From contig JBKKCR010000096.1 of assembly GCA_046712825.1 (NCBI GenBank), positions 590 to 64,589 on the forward strand: DNA of 64,000 nt. The letters are read 5' to 3'. Origin of the DNA: Actinomycetota bacterium. GTDB taxonomy: Bacteria; Actinomycetota; AC-67. The notes below the pieces were generated by a model. It saw nothing but the letters and a program-made list of their open reading frames with translations. It did no database searches and was not told the origin of the DNA. The first letter of the stretch is position 1. Each line of letters opens with the position of its first letter. Position numbers and translations under genes: made by a program. This document shows, piece after piece, positions 18,603 to 27,802 of this stretch.

Positions 18603-19859
18603 TCACCGCAGCTCGAGCCGGCGGTCGGGCGGATGGCCCGTTGCGAAGCGCCCGGCCGCGGCGACGTGCCATTCCTCGACGACGTCGGCGTACCGGTCGA
18701 GGCTGAGCTCGGCCGCGGCGCGGAGCCCTCCGGCCACGAGGCGCTTGCGCAGCGACGCATCGTCGGCGAGGCGGCGCACGGCGGCGGCGGTCGCCTCGGC
18801 GTCTTCCGTGGGGACGATCAGCGAGTTCACGCCGTCGAGAAGGTACTCGCCCGACCCTCCCGTACCGGTCCCGACCACCGGGGTCCCGCAGGCCATCGCT
18901 TCGAGCGGCACGAGCCCGAGCGGTTCCTCCCAGATGACTGGGAAGACGAAGACGTCGGCCGCCGCGTATCGCTCACGGAGTTCGATCCGGTCGGCCACAC
19001 CGAAGGTCACGCGCTCGGTGAGCCCGAGCCGCGCAACCTGCGCTCGAAGCTGCTCGGCATAGCGCTCGTCGCCGCGACCGATGATGTCGAGGGTCGCTTC
19101 TTGGGGCAGCAGCGCGAGCGCGTCGATCAGCACGTGGATGCCCTTGCGTTCGTCGAGGCGACCGACGTGGAGGAGCTTCCACTGCCAGGGGCGGGGCGGG
19201 GGCGGCTCGGCCGGCAGCGGGAACTCCTCGGTGTTGATCCCGCAATAGACGACGCCGGCCATCTTCGGCGCGGCCCAGCGCGATTTCCGTTCGACGCTGC
19301 GGCGGATCATGTCGCTGATGTAGCAGAAGGCTGCGTGCTCGCCTAGATCCGGGAGCACGGTGGGCACGCCGGCGAACGGACGCACGACGCGTCCGAGCAA
19401 TCCGCGACCGTCGAACGTCCGCATCCAGGGGTCGATGTTGGGCGCGTACCACGGCCACTCGTCGAGGAGCATCAGCACGAGCGGGATGCGCCGTTCCACG
19501 ACCGTCGTGAGGAGGCCGAGCGACATGGCTCCCATGTTCCACGCCGAGACCACGTCGGGCTTGGTGCGCGCGATCGCGGCAGCGATGGCGCGCTGGTTCC
19601 CACGCTCTATCGCGAGCCGGCGTGCGAGCGGAGGGGAGACCAGACGGTGGTCGTCCCAGTAGAACTCGAGGTCGCGATGGATCCCCCGCACGCGCTCGTC
19701 GGCGGGTTCGCGAACGTCGGGCAAGCGCATCGTGGTCGTGAGGATCTCGATCTCGTGGCCGCGGCCGCGGAGCCGGTCCATCACATCGCGGCAGGCGAGT
19801 TCGTATCCGCCCAGATGATGCGGCGGGTACATGTTCGAGACGACGAGGATCCGGGTCAC
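18603..19859 (-). CDS. Glycosyltransferase family 4
   Basis: MTRILVVSNMYPPHHLGGYE...; C-terminal EPLGLVPLEAMACGTPVVGTGTGG; GTG start. Confidence 0.8.
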   Translation of the reverse strand: MTRILVVSNMYPPHHLGGYELACRDVMDRLRGRGHEIEILTTTMRLPDVREPADERVRGIHRDLEFYWDDHRLVSPPLARRLAIERGNQRAIAAAIARTKPDVVSAWNMGAMSLGLLTTVVERRIPLVLMLLDEWPWYAPNIDPWMRTFDGRGLLGRVVRPFAGVPTVLPDLGEHAAFCYISDMIRRSVERKSRWAAPKMAGVVYCGINTEEFPLPAEPPPPRPWQWKLLHVGRLDERKGIHVLIDALALLPQEATLDIIGRGDERYAEQLRAQVARLGLTERVTFGVADRIELRERYAAADVFVFPVIWEEPLGLVPLEAMACGTPVVGTGTGGSGEYLLDGVNSLIVPTEDAEATAAAVRRLADDASLRKRLVAGGLRAAAELSLDRYADVVEEWHVAAAGRFATGHPPDRRLELR

Positions 19860-19865
19860 GACGAC

Positions 19866-21272
19866 TCAGATATAGCCGAGCTGCCGGAGCCGCTCTTCGA
19901 GCTCGGCGGCTTCATCGCCGTCGATGGCCGCAGGCGTCTCCGACGCGTCCTCCGCCGGCGCGTACGACTCGACTTCGTCGATCGCTGCGCGAAGGGCCGG
20001 CGCGGAGGGTTCGGCCGCGGCATCCAGCGGACGAGATTCCGCCGGGTCGGAACCGAGGTCGTACAAGCGCTCGCCGCTCTCGTCGCGGATCAGCTTGAAG
20101 CGGCCGTCCGTCGCCGATGTCATCGAGCTCGCCATACGTCGGATGGCCTCGTCGGGGATCCCCCACGCGCGAGCGAGCGCCTCCTTTTCGGGGAGCATGA
20201 TCTGTCCCGCGACCTGTGAGACGGCGGCGCCGCCCGGCCGGACTTCATCGCTCCACGGATGATCCTCGATCCCGAGCGCGCCGGCGATCATCGCCGGAAG
20301 CTCGGCCAGGCTCACCGGGCCATCGTGCCCCGGCTCGACCGGCGTGGAAAAAACCAGCGGCACCCGAAGCAATCGTTCGGACATCGAGAGCAGGTGCCCG
20401 ACCATGCCGTCCTCGCCGAGGTTCTCGCCGTGATCGGACGTGAGCACGATGAGCGTCTCCTCGAGCATCCCACGGCGGTCCAGCTCCTCCGCGATCCCAC
20501 CCAGCCACGCGTCCATCTGGAAGATCGCGCGCGCGTACAGATGCCGGGTGCGCCGGATCGTGTCCTCCGGCATCCGCAGCTCGCCGACGGTCACGCGGTA
20601 CGAGCCCTCCGGCGTCTGGTATCGCGCGGCGTCGAGCGCGGCGCCTATCCGCTGCAGCCCTGAGAGGTCGTTGAACGGGCGCGGAGGGAGGTACGGCCCG
20701 TGGCACTCCATCAGGTTCACGAACCAGAAGAACGGCGCGTCGGCCTTCCGCTCGTCCATCCACTTGCGCAGGATGTGCCCTGCGGTGGTCGCGCCGTCGT
20801 CCGCGCGTGCGCGCCACGCGTCGAGCGCCCACTCGAGCCGCGTCCGCAGGCTCCGGCCCGGCGCCTTGCGCTCTACGCCCCGGATGCTGTGGAAGAGGTC
20901 GAAGCCCGTCGCGAAGCCGTTGACCTCGTGGATCCAGGGGTTGGCGCTGATCCCGCCGGTCGCGTAGCCCTTCCGTCGCAAGAACTCCGCGAGCACACGG
21001 TCGCTCCGTTCCTCGAGCAACGCGCGCGAGTTCACCCCGACCTTCGATCCTTTCTTGATCCCGCTCGTGAGCCCCAGGGCGCCGGGAAGCATCCCAGTGA
21101 ACATCGAAGCATGCGAGGGGAGGGTCCAGTTCGACGGCGCGACGACGTGCCGAGGCGCCGAACCTCCTCGCGCCAGCTGAGCGGCGACCGGTGTCGCTCC
21201 GGGCGGCGCGCCCCACGGCTCGAACCCGTCCGCGCGCGCGGTGTCGAAGACGATGAGGATCAGGTTGCGCAT
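19866..21272 (-). CDS. Alkaline-phosphatase-superfamily enzyme of the NPP/type-I phosphodiesterase kind (usually auto-annotated 'sulfatase')
   Basis: LILIVFDTARADG (metal Asp), nucleophile region TLPSHASMFTGMLPG (T-x-P-S-H...TG, NPP-like, not C/S-x-P-x-R), LTSDHGENLGEDG. Confidence 0.65.
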   Translation of the reverse strand: MRNLILIVFDTARADGFEPWGAPPGATPVAAQLARGGSAPRHVVAPSNWTLPSHASMFTGMLPGALGLTSGIKKGSKVGVNSRALLEERSDRVLAEFLRRKGYATGGISANPWIHEVNGFATGFDLFHSIRGVERKAPGRSLRTRLEWALDAWRARADDGATTAGHILRKWMDERKADAPFFWFVNLMECHGPYLPPRPFNDLSGLQRIGAALDAARYQTPEGSYRVTVGELRMPEDTIRRTRHLYARAIFQMDAWLGGIAEELDRRGMLEETLIVLTSDHGENLGEDGMVGHLLSMSERLLRVPLVFSTPVEPGHDGPVSLAELPAMIAGALGIEDHPWSDEVRPGGAAVSQVAGQIMLPEKEALARAWGIPDEAIRRMASSMTSATDGRFKLIRDESGERLYDLGSDPAESRPLDAAAEPSAPALRAAIDEVESYAPAEDASETPAAIDGDEAAELEERLRQLGYI

Positions 21273-21291
21273 CAACCCACGGTGGGCGGCG

Positions 21292-21963
21292 TCATCGACG
21301 GCCGTCCCGTCCGGCCTTGCGGCGCAGCGCGTCGACGGTGTTACGAGCCGCGAACTTCCACAATTGCGGGATCGTCATCCGGATCGGGCCGAGGTCCACG
21401 GGATGGCCTTGGCCCCAACGCTTGCACGCGGCGTCCGTGCGGGTGAACCGTTCTCGTCTGAGTTCCTCGAAAGGCCCTTTCACCCCGACCCCGTGCACGC
21501 CTTCGGGCAATAGGTCGAACCCGTACCCGAACGCGAGTGAGCTCTCGAATGGCTCGAGCAGCAGCTGGAATCCTTCCGGGGTGAATCGCCAGAAGTCCCA
21601 GGGGTGAGCGTGGATCGGCATGAACATCACCGAGGTCAGTATCGCCACGCCGCCCGGCTTGAGCACGCGATGGATCTCCCGAACGCCGCGGAGCGGATCG
21701 GCGACGTGCTCGAGGGTCTCGACGCAGACGATCGTACCGACGCTGTTATCGGCGAAGGACAGCGCGTGGATGTCTTCGACCTGGTCGACGTTGGCCCCCT
21801 CCTGGAAGTCGCACCCGATGTATGTGTGGCCGGCGAAGAGGGAGCGAAGGTTGGCCTCGCGCTCCTGTCCCTCGGCCGGCCGGGATCCGATCTCGACGAC
21901 CGGGTCGGCGATCGGAAGGGCCTCGACCGCATCTTCGACGAACATCCGCACGGTGGGTCGCAT
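21292..21963 (-). CDS. Class I SAM-dependent methyltransferase
   Basis: VVEIGSRPAEGQ...IGCDFQEGANVD...VCVETLEHVADPLRGVREIHRVLKPGGVAILTS. Confidence 0.7.
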   Translation of the reverse strand: MRPTVRMFVEDAVEALPIADPVVEIGSRPAEGQEREANLRSLFAGHTYIGCDFQEGANVDQVEDIHALSFADNSVGTIVCVETLEHVADPLRGVREIHRVLKPGGVAILTSVMFMPIHAHPWDFWRFTPEGFQLLLEPFESSLAFGYGFDLLPEGVHGVGVKGPFEELRRERFTRTDAACKRWGQGHPVDLGPIRMTIPQLWKFAARNTVDALRRKAGRDGRR

Positions 21964-22038
21964 CGGCCGGAAAGCATAGCCGCTCGTTCCCCGACTCTCC
22001 GGCGCCGTCGGCTGCCTCTTCGGCTCGTTTCGGGCGTT

Positions 22039-23169
22039 TCAGCCGCCGGATGATCCGTGGCCGGCGAGCCTCGCGTAGATCTCCTCGTGGAGCGGGCCCA
22101 CCCGCTCTTCCCATCCCCACCGCGTGGCGTGCTCCCGGCAGCGCGCCGGGGTCCCCGGCCGGCCGGCGAGGGCGATCGTCTCCTCGAGGGCTCGGGCAAG
22201 GGCGGCCGCGTCGCCGAAGGGGGCCGTTCGGCCGACCTCGGGGCGGTCGATGATCTCGGGCATGCCGCCGTCGGCGCCGCAAACGGCCGGCGTGCCGCAG
22301 GCGAGCGACTCGACCAGGATGAGCCCGAAAGCCTCGTTGGTGGAAGGCAGCGCCGTGACGGTCGCCTCGGCGTACCGAGCGGGGAGGTCCTCGATGTTGC
22401 CGACGCCCGGCAGGTCGGTCGCCGCGCGCACCCGCTCGGCCCGCGGGCCGAGCCGCTCGAAGGCCCACCCGTGGTCGCCCGGCCCGGCGAGAACCAGGCG
22501 CGCCTCCGGAACCCGATCGAGCAGGAGGTCGAAGGCCTCGACCAGCGTGCCGAGCCCCTTCTCGGGGTTGGTTGCGAAGGCGGGGAACAGGACGCGCGGC
22601 GGGCCGGTGCGTGGCTCCGGTCGCAGCGGGAACCGATCGATGATCACGCCGGGCGGAAGCACTTCCGTCGGACGGCCGAACGCTTCCTCGGTCGCGCGGG
22701 CGGACGCGGAACTCAGGGCTGCGACCATCGACGCCGTGCGAACGGCCCGCCCGAGGAGCCGGCTCTCGCGCGGAAGGGCTTCGACCAGCTCGCGCGACGG
22801 GTGCCCGAGCACCGTGTACAGCGTGCGGTGACCCGCCAGCCGGGCCGCGATGGCCGCGGTCGGAGTGAACGCGTGCACGATCTCGAAGCCGCGGACGCGG
22901 AGCAGGGTGGGGAACGCACGCGCCCCGAACGTCTCGGCCTCGCCGTACCCGCGCCGCGCAAGCGGTCCGGGGGGCAGTTGTTTGAGCCTCCGGATCGTCG
23001 TGCCGCCGGCCGCCGAACGACCCGGCCGCCCGGAGGTGCCGGTGATGATCTCGACCCGATGTCCGGCGCGCTCGAGGTACCACGTGAGGTCGGCGAGGTA
23101 CCGCTCACCGCCGCGGCGCACCTCCGGCCACGAAAAGGGGTGAACGAGCGCGACGTGCAGGGGCTTCAA
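22039..23169 (-). CDS. Glycosyltransferase family 4
   Basis: ORF 22039..23469 trimmed to TTG 23169 (LKPLHVALVHPFSWPEVRRGGERY...), which forms a TTGA overlap with the stop of the upstream GT2; EAFGLILVESLACGTPAV. Confidence 0.7.
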   Translation of the reverse strand: MKPLHVALVHPFSWPEVRRGGERYLADLTWYLERAGHRVEIITGTSGRPGRSAAGGTTIRRLKQLPPGPLARRGYGEAETFGARAFPTLLRVRGFEIVHAFTPTAAIAARLAGHRTLYTVLGHPSRELVEALPRESRLLGRAVRTASMVAALSSASARATEEAFGRPTEVLPPGVIIDRFPLRPEPRTGPPRVLFPAFATNPEKGLGTLVEAFDLLLDRVPEARLVLAGPGDHGWAFERLGPRAERVRAATDLPGVGNIEDLPARYAEATVTALPSTNEAFGLILVESLACGTPAVCGADGGMPEIIDRPEVGRTAPFGDAAALARALEETIALAGRPGTPARCREHATRWGWEERVGPLHEEIYARLAGHGSSGG

Positions 23170-24089
23170 CGTCGTCGTGCGGGCAGGTGGGCGCCCAGCT
23201 CGCGCCGCCAGTAGGCCACCGCGCCGGGGTTGCCGCTCCGCCGCGCTCGAAGGTATCCACGAGCCGAACCAACGATGTTGAGCGCCCGGAACGCAGCCTC
23301 CGACGCGAGGCCGTATTCGGCCCGGTAGAAGCGGTACGTATTTCTCATGTACGCCTTCGTCCGTCGATCCCCGTAGGCTTGCGCTCCCGAAACGTTGCCG
23401 ACGTGTATCACTCGCGCGGCCGGCTCGAAGCGGATCGTCCACCCGCGCTTGCTCGCCCGCCAGCACCACTCGAGGTCCTCGACGTACATGAAGAACCGCT
23501 CGCTGAAGGGTCCGACATCCTCCAGAGCCACGCGAGGGATCAGTAGCGCGGCGCCTACCGCCCAGTCCACGTCGCGCGCACGATCGTGCCGCCAGCGTCC
23601 GACCAGCATCATCCGGTCCGCATCCTCATCGGAGATCCGGTTCGGGCCGCGCGCGGTCGCCGCCGCCACCCGCAGTGACGGGAACGGGAGCGTGGAGTGC
23701 TCGAGCTCGCCGTCGGGACGAAGCAGCAGGGGGGCGATCGCCGCGGCTTCGGGGTGCGCCCTGGCGGTCTCGATGAGGCGGCCTATCGCTCCCGGCTCGG
23801 GCCAGGCGTCCGGGTTCAGCGCGAGGAACCACGGCGCTTCGGACCTCGCGATCAAACGGTTCATCCCCGCGGCGAATCCGAGATTTTCCGTGCCGGCCTC
23901 GATCTCGGCTTCCGGTACAGACCGTGCGATCACTTCGGCGCTTCCATCGGAGGACGCGTTGTCGCGAACGAGGAGCCGGATGTCGCACCCCTGATCCGTA
24001 TCGAGCAGTTTGCGCAGGGCGGTCGCGGTGAGCTCGGCTGTGTTCCAGGTGACCACGCCGACGTCCACGGGCTCGCGTTCAGTGGCCAT
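23166..24089 (-). CDS. Glycosyltransferase family 2 (rhamnosyltransferase-like)
   Basis: VDVGVVTWNTAELTATALRKLL...RLLVRDNASSDGS...LNPDAWPEPGAIGRLIE. Confidence 0.8.
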   Translation of the reverse strand: MATEREPVDVGVVTWNTAELTATALRKLLDTDQGCDIRLLVRDNASSDGSAEVIARSVPEAEIEAGTENLGFAAGMNRLIARSEAPWFLALNPDAWPEPGAIGRLIETARAHPEAAAIAPLLLRPDGELEHSTLPFPSLRVAAATARGPNRISDEDADRMMLVGRWRHDRARDVDWAVGAALLIPRVALEDVGPFSERFFMYVEDLEWCWRASKRGWTIRFEPAARVIHVGNVSGAQAYGDRRTKAYMRNTYRFYRAEYGLASEAAFRALNIVGSARGYLRARRSGNPGAVAYWRRELGAHLPARRR

Positions 24090-24260
24090 TCGGTGGACGA
24101 GTCTAAACGACCACGCCTCGCCGCCCGACGAGCTACCTCAACCCACACAAAACGGGCGCCAGACCGGGTCCTTCCTCCCTTGTCGTGAGAAAGCTCACAT
24201 CTCCGACGTATTGTTTCGAGGGGAGGAAGGAGGTTCGCTTAATCGAGTCGAATCTTCTCG

Positions 24261-24304
24261 ACTGGTGCCTTCCGGCTAGGGGACTGGTGCCTTCCGGCTA
24301 GGGG
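24261..24304. repeat. Perfect tandem direct repeat 2 x 22 bp (actggtgccttccggctagggg) ~80 bp upstream of gene 24385
   Basis: Read directly from the sequence. Confidence 0.85.
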
Positions 24305-24384
24305 AGGTGAGGCACGGCTCCAGGGGATCGCAGCAATACCTTCGCACGGTTCTGTTACAAGCCACCCACAGGGAGGGGGCGACA

Positions 24385-24900
24385 ATGCAAAAAAAGGCTT
24401 ACGTACGCCGGATTCTTGCGGCGCTCGCGTTGACAGGATTGCTCGTGCCGGCGGCGGCTGGTCCGGCAAGTGCCGCGCCCCTGCCCATCGTTTGCACGGC
24501 GGCGGGAACGGTTGTCGTTGTCCAAGGGAACATCGACTCGTGGTCGGTTCAGGGCCGCGGCTCGTGTCAGGGCGACCTCGGGGGGACCTACTTCCTCGAC
24601 TTCGTCGGCGCAGGCACCTCGGACACGGTTGGGCTCTGCGACCAGACGCTGCTCGTGCAGAACCTCAACATCAACGTGCTCGGCTCGCTGACGAACGCGC
24701 AGACGGGCGTCCCGAAGTTCTTCAATCACGATTGGGTTGCTCCGGTTACCACGTACCCACTCGCGACACCGTTCCTGATCACGGAGAACGCGTCCGGTGA
24801 TCTGGCAGGTGCCGGGAACTTCTTCAACCACATCTTCCTGCAGTGCAACGGACCGACGGTGGCTCAGTTCACCCTCGTGTTCCTGCCGGGCGTGTTTTAA
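24385..24900 (+). CDS. Small secreted hypothetical protein (paralog family B, copy 2)
   Basis: Internal ATG of ORF 24307..24900 preceded by GGGAGGGGG; signal peptide MQKKAYVRRILAALALTGLLVPAAAGPASA; shares motifs with 10795..11301. Confidence 0.6.
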   Translation: MQKKAYVRRILAALALTGLLVPAAAGPASAAPLPIVCTAAGTVVVVQGNIDSWSVQGRGSCQGDLGGTYFLDFVGAGTSDTVGLCDQTLLVQNLNINVLGSLTNAQTGVPKFFNHDWVAPVTTYPLATPFLITENASGDLAGAGNFFNHIFLQCNGPTVAQFTLVFLPGVF

Positions 24901-24967
24901 CCGGAAGACAGAACCTTGGGGGCCTGCCGCTCGCGGCAGGCCCCCGAACTTTGCGCCGGTTCTCGCC

Positions 24968-26239
24968 CTAACGTTCCGCGTCGTTCCCGAGGGCGAACCG
25001 GTAATACGTGAGGCGGGCAACCCTTCCGTCCTCGAGGGTGACGGCCAAGATCCGGAGATGCAGAGACCCATCCGGGGCAGCGAACTTCATCACGGCCGTG
25101 GACGTCGGGACCCCCGGATGCAGATCGCCGGCCACCTGACGGCCGTCGAGCGCGGGGTCGTTCCGGGTCTCCTCGGCCAGTCGGTCCCACGCGGCGGCGC
25201 CGCGGCCCTTCCAATCGCCGCTCGGCGCGACGACCCGCACCAAGACCGACCCAAGGAGCGATTCGTTCAGCTCGTTCGCGCGCCGGCCGACGACCGCGGC
25301 GGCGATGCGGTCCACGGTCCTTTGGATATCCGTGATCTGTGAGACGTCGCTGCGCGCGCGATGCCCGCGCTCCCGGTCACGCAGCCGTCCACGCAAACGC
25401 CGCAGCGGCGGTTCGGGAAGCGGAGCCGCGGCACCGCTTGCCGACTTCGCGGCGAACTCCGGCTCGAGGTATCCCAAGCGCTCGAGGGTTCCGCCGGCGA
25501 CTTTCATAAGTGCGCTCAGGTCTGTCTCCGAGATCTTTTCGCGCCACTTCCCGGCACCCACCCGTCCGGTCGTCGGGTCCTGGTTGAAGGCGACCTTCGC
25601 CTCGCGGAGCGCCTCCTCGACCATCACCGGTGTCGCCGGGAGTCCGAACCATGCGAAGAGCTCCGCGACGTGAGCCTGTGGATCTACGAGCATCTCCTCG
25701 TAGCGGACGGTCCGAAATCGCTCCAGGCCCGCGCTCGCGGTTTCTGCGGCCTCGACCGAGCTACGCCACTCCATCGCCGCTTCCTCGAACGTGCGCGGAG
25801 CGTTCTTCCACGGCTGGGTCATGAGAGACCGTGCGACGTCGCGTCCATCACGGACGATGTTCAGGATCCACGCATCGGGATAGATCTCGCCGATCAGCTC
25901 GAGACACGTCACGTGCTCCGGGGTTCGCTCGGCCAGGCGCGTGGCGCCGGGGACGGTCTTGAGGAAGGGCAAGAAGACCCCGTCGCATAGGTTGCGCAGC
26001 GCGCGGGTCATCTCGCTTGGGTCCATGTACACGAAAGCCGTTCCCGGCGACCCCAGCACGCCGTGGTGGAAGCGCTCCCGGAGCGGCTTTATGCCTCGCG
26101 AGAAGAGATAGGTTTCCGAGGGCACCAAGGCCACCTCGGGGTGAGCGCCGAGGATGCGCTGTACCCAGTTGGTGCCGCTGCGGCGTGCGCCGACTAGGAA
26201 GATCATCCGGTCGCGCAGTGGTCCTTCGATGGAGCCCAT
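24968..26239 (-). CDS. Sulfotransferase domain (PAPS 5'-PSB loop GARRSGTNW) fused to a C-terminal ~150-aa NTF2/SnoaL-like domain
   Basis: MIFLVGARRSGTNWVQRILGAHPEV... then a RDV arginine region; C-terminal extension beyond a normal ~280-aa sulfotransferase. Confidence 0.6.
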   Translation of the reverse strand: MGSIEGPLRDRMIFLVGARRSGTNWVQRILGAHPEVALVPSETYLFSRGIKPLRERFHHGVLGSPGTAFVYMDPSEMTRALRNLCDGVFLPFLKTVPGATRLAERTPEHVTCLELIGEIYPDAWILNIVRDGRDVARSLMTQPWKNAPRTFEEAAMEWRSSVEAAETASAGLERFRTVRYEEMLVDPQAHVAELFAWFGLPATPVMVEEALREAKVAFNQDPTTGRVGAGKWREKISETDLSALMKVAGGTLERLGYLEPEFAAKSASGAAAPLPEPPLRRLRGRLRDRERGHRARSDVSQITDIQRTVDRIAAAVVGRRANELNESLLGSVLVRVVAPSGDWKGRGAAAWDRLAEETRNDPALDGRQVAGDLHPGVPTSTAVMKFAAPDGSLHLRILAVTLEDGRVARLTYYRFALGNDAER

Positions 26240-26272
26240 CCGATATGGTTCGATACCGGCGTCCTCAGCCCT

Positions 26273-26848
26273 TTACGGGCACGACCCGTTCCCTGCCGCG
26301 AGCGTGTAGACCAGATCGAACTGCCCCTCCTGGGTGATGACTCGCACCAAAGCCGGGCCCGACGGAGCGTTGGCGGGAGGTATCCAGACGCTGCGGAAAA
26401 CGCCGCTGCTGTCGGCGAACTTTGCGTCGTAGCCCGTCTTGTAGTCCGACTTCCCATCCACGCTGGAGCTGCCGTCCGAGTAGAGGGTGTTGAACCCGGC
26501 GGGACCTCCGGGGGCCGTTTGGACCGTGATGCCCTGGGTGTCGACGCCGGCACGCGCGCACGTGAGATCCAGCCGACCGGTCGATCCTCCGGTCGCGGTT
26601 GCCGAGGGCGACGGCTTCGTGGTCTTGGGGATATTCGTCGGTGTGCCGAAAGCGACGGGAGGCGACGACGTGGCGGGCGTCGTCGGCGTGGAGGTCCCGA
26701 CGGTATTTGTGGTCCCAAGGGCCGTCGGCTGCGCGCCCGGCTCCTTGTCGCCGCCGCATGCCGAAAGAACGATCGCGAGGGCCAGCACGCCCCCGCGAAT
26801 GAGGAAGCCGCCGCGCCGTCGTGAGGCTGAGTGATGAGAAGTGTTCAT
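26273..26848 (-). CDS. Lipoprotein (lipobox LSACGG) with Thr/Pro-rich linker
   Basis: ORF track; signal peptide plus Cys. Confidence 0.55.
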   Translation of the reverse strand: MNTSHHSASRRRGGFLIRGGVLALAIVLSACGGDKEPGAQPTALGTTNTVGTSTPTTPATSSPPVAFGTPTNIPKTTKPSPSATATGGSTGRLDLTCARAGVDTQGITVQTAPGGPAGFNTLYSDGSSSVDGKSDYKTGYDAKFADSSGVFRSVWIPPANAPSGPALVRVITQEGQFDLVYTLAAGNGSCP

Positions 26849-26928
26849 GGTTTCGGCCCTGAAGGGAGCCGAATCTTACACCTCGACCGGGGAGGACGCG
26901 GGTCGCCCGCCGGGACGCAGCCGGTACC

Positions 26929-27792
26929 ATGACCCGCATGCAACCCGTGGAAACGCCGCAACCGAGGCTGCCCACGTTCGTCATCATCGGCGCCATGAAA
27001 TCGGGGACGACCACGCTCGGGGCCTATCTCAATGCCCACCCCGACGCGTACTGCGCTCAAGAGCCGCACTTCTTCGACCAGAACTTCGAGCGAGGGGTGC
27101 CGTGGTACCGCGAACGCTTCCGGGACGCCGGGGCTGCGGCGGTGGTCGGCGAGAAGTCGCCTTCCTACATGTATCACCCGGATGCGATCCGGAGGCTCAC
27201 CGAGGTCTTGCCGGATGCCCGGCTGGTCGCGATCCTTCGGCATCCGGGTCACCGCGCATATTCGCACTACTGGCACGAGCGGCGGATCAAACAAGAGACG
27301 CTTTCCTTCGGCGACGCCCTCGACGCGGAGCCGCGCCGGCTGCGCGACTACGCGGACGGCCTGTGCCCCTTCGCCTACGTGGACCGCGGCCTCTACCTGG
27401 AGCAGCTCCGGCGCGTGGTCGGGTTCGCGCCGAGGGAGCGGCTGCTCGTGCTGCTCTTCGAGGATCTCCTGCGGGTGCCCGTGGAAACCTACTCCGAACT
27501 CGGTCGCTTCCTCGGCATCGACGGCTCTTTGGCCGCCCCGCCGGGCCCGGAGGAGTCGAACGCGTACCGCACCTATCATCCGGAATGGGCTTGGAAGCTG
27601 ATGCACCGGTATCGGCTCTGGGGACGCCTTCCGCGCCCGATCGCGGGACGGCTGTGGCGTGCGATGCAGCGCGAGGCGACGTATCCGCCGATCACCGAGG
27701 CGCAGCACGCGCGACTCCTCGATCGTTTCGCGGAACCCAACCGCGAGTTGGCCGATTGGTTAGGGCGCGACCTCTCCGAGTGGAGCGTCTGA
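26929..27792 (+). CDS. Sulfotransferase (heparan-sulfate/Sulfotransfer_3-like)
   Basis: PTFVIIGAMKSGTTTL (5'-PSB K-x-G-T-T) ... ILRHPGHRAYSHY (3'-PB region). Confidence 0.75.
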   Translation: MTRMQPVETPQPRLPTFVIIGAMKSGTTTLGAYLNAHPDAYCAQEPHFFDQNFERGVPWYRERFRDAGAAAVVGEKSPSYMYHPDAIRRLTEVLPDARLVAILRHPGHRAYSHYWHERRIKQETLSFGDALDAEPRRLRDYADGLCPFAYVDRGLYLEQLRRVVGFAPRERLLVLLFEDLLRVPVETYSELGRFLGIDGSLAAPPGPEESNAYRTYHPEWAWKLMHRYRLWGRLPRPIAGRLWRAMQREATYPPITEAQHARLLDRFAEPNRELADWLGRDLSEWSV

Positions 27793-27802
27793 ACTACCGG
27801 AG

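Noticed and set aside
19866-21272. Calling 19866..21272 and 31605..32477 arylsulfatases, which would fit the sulfation theme
   Set aside because: No C/S-x-P-x-R formylglycine motif; the nucleophile region is T-x-P-S-H as in NPP/phosphodiesterases.
22039-23469. Full 476-aa extent of the GT4 ORF
   Set aside because: The upstream 100 codons overlap the GT2 23166..24089 and are low-complexity; a TTG at 23169 gives a standard ~377-aa GT4 and a TTGA coupling overlap.
24261-24304. Possible CRISPR array
   Set aside because: Only two contiguous 22-bp repeats with no spacers; no cas genes.
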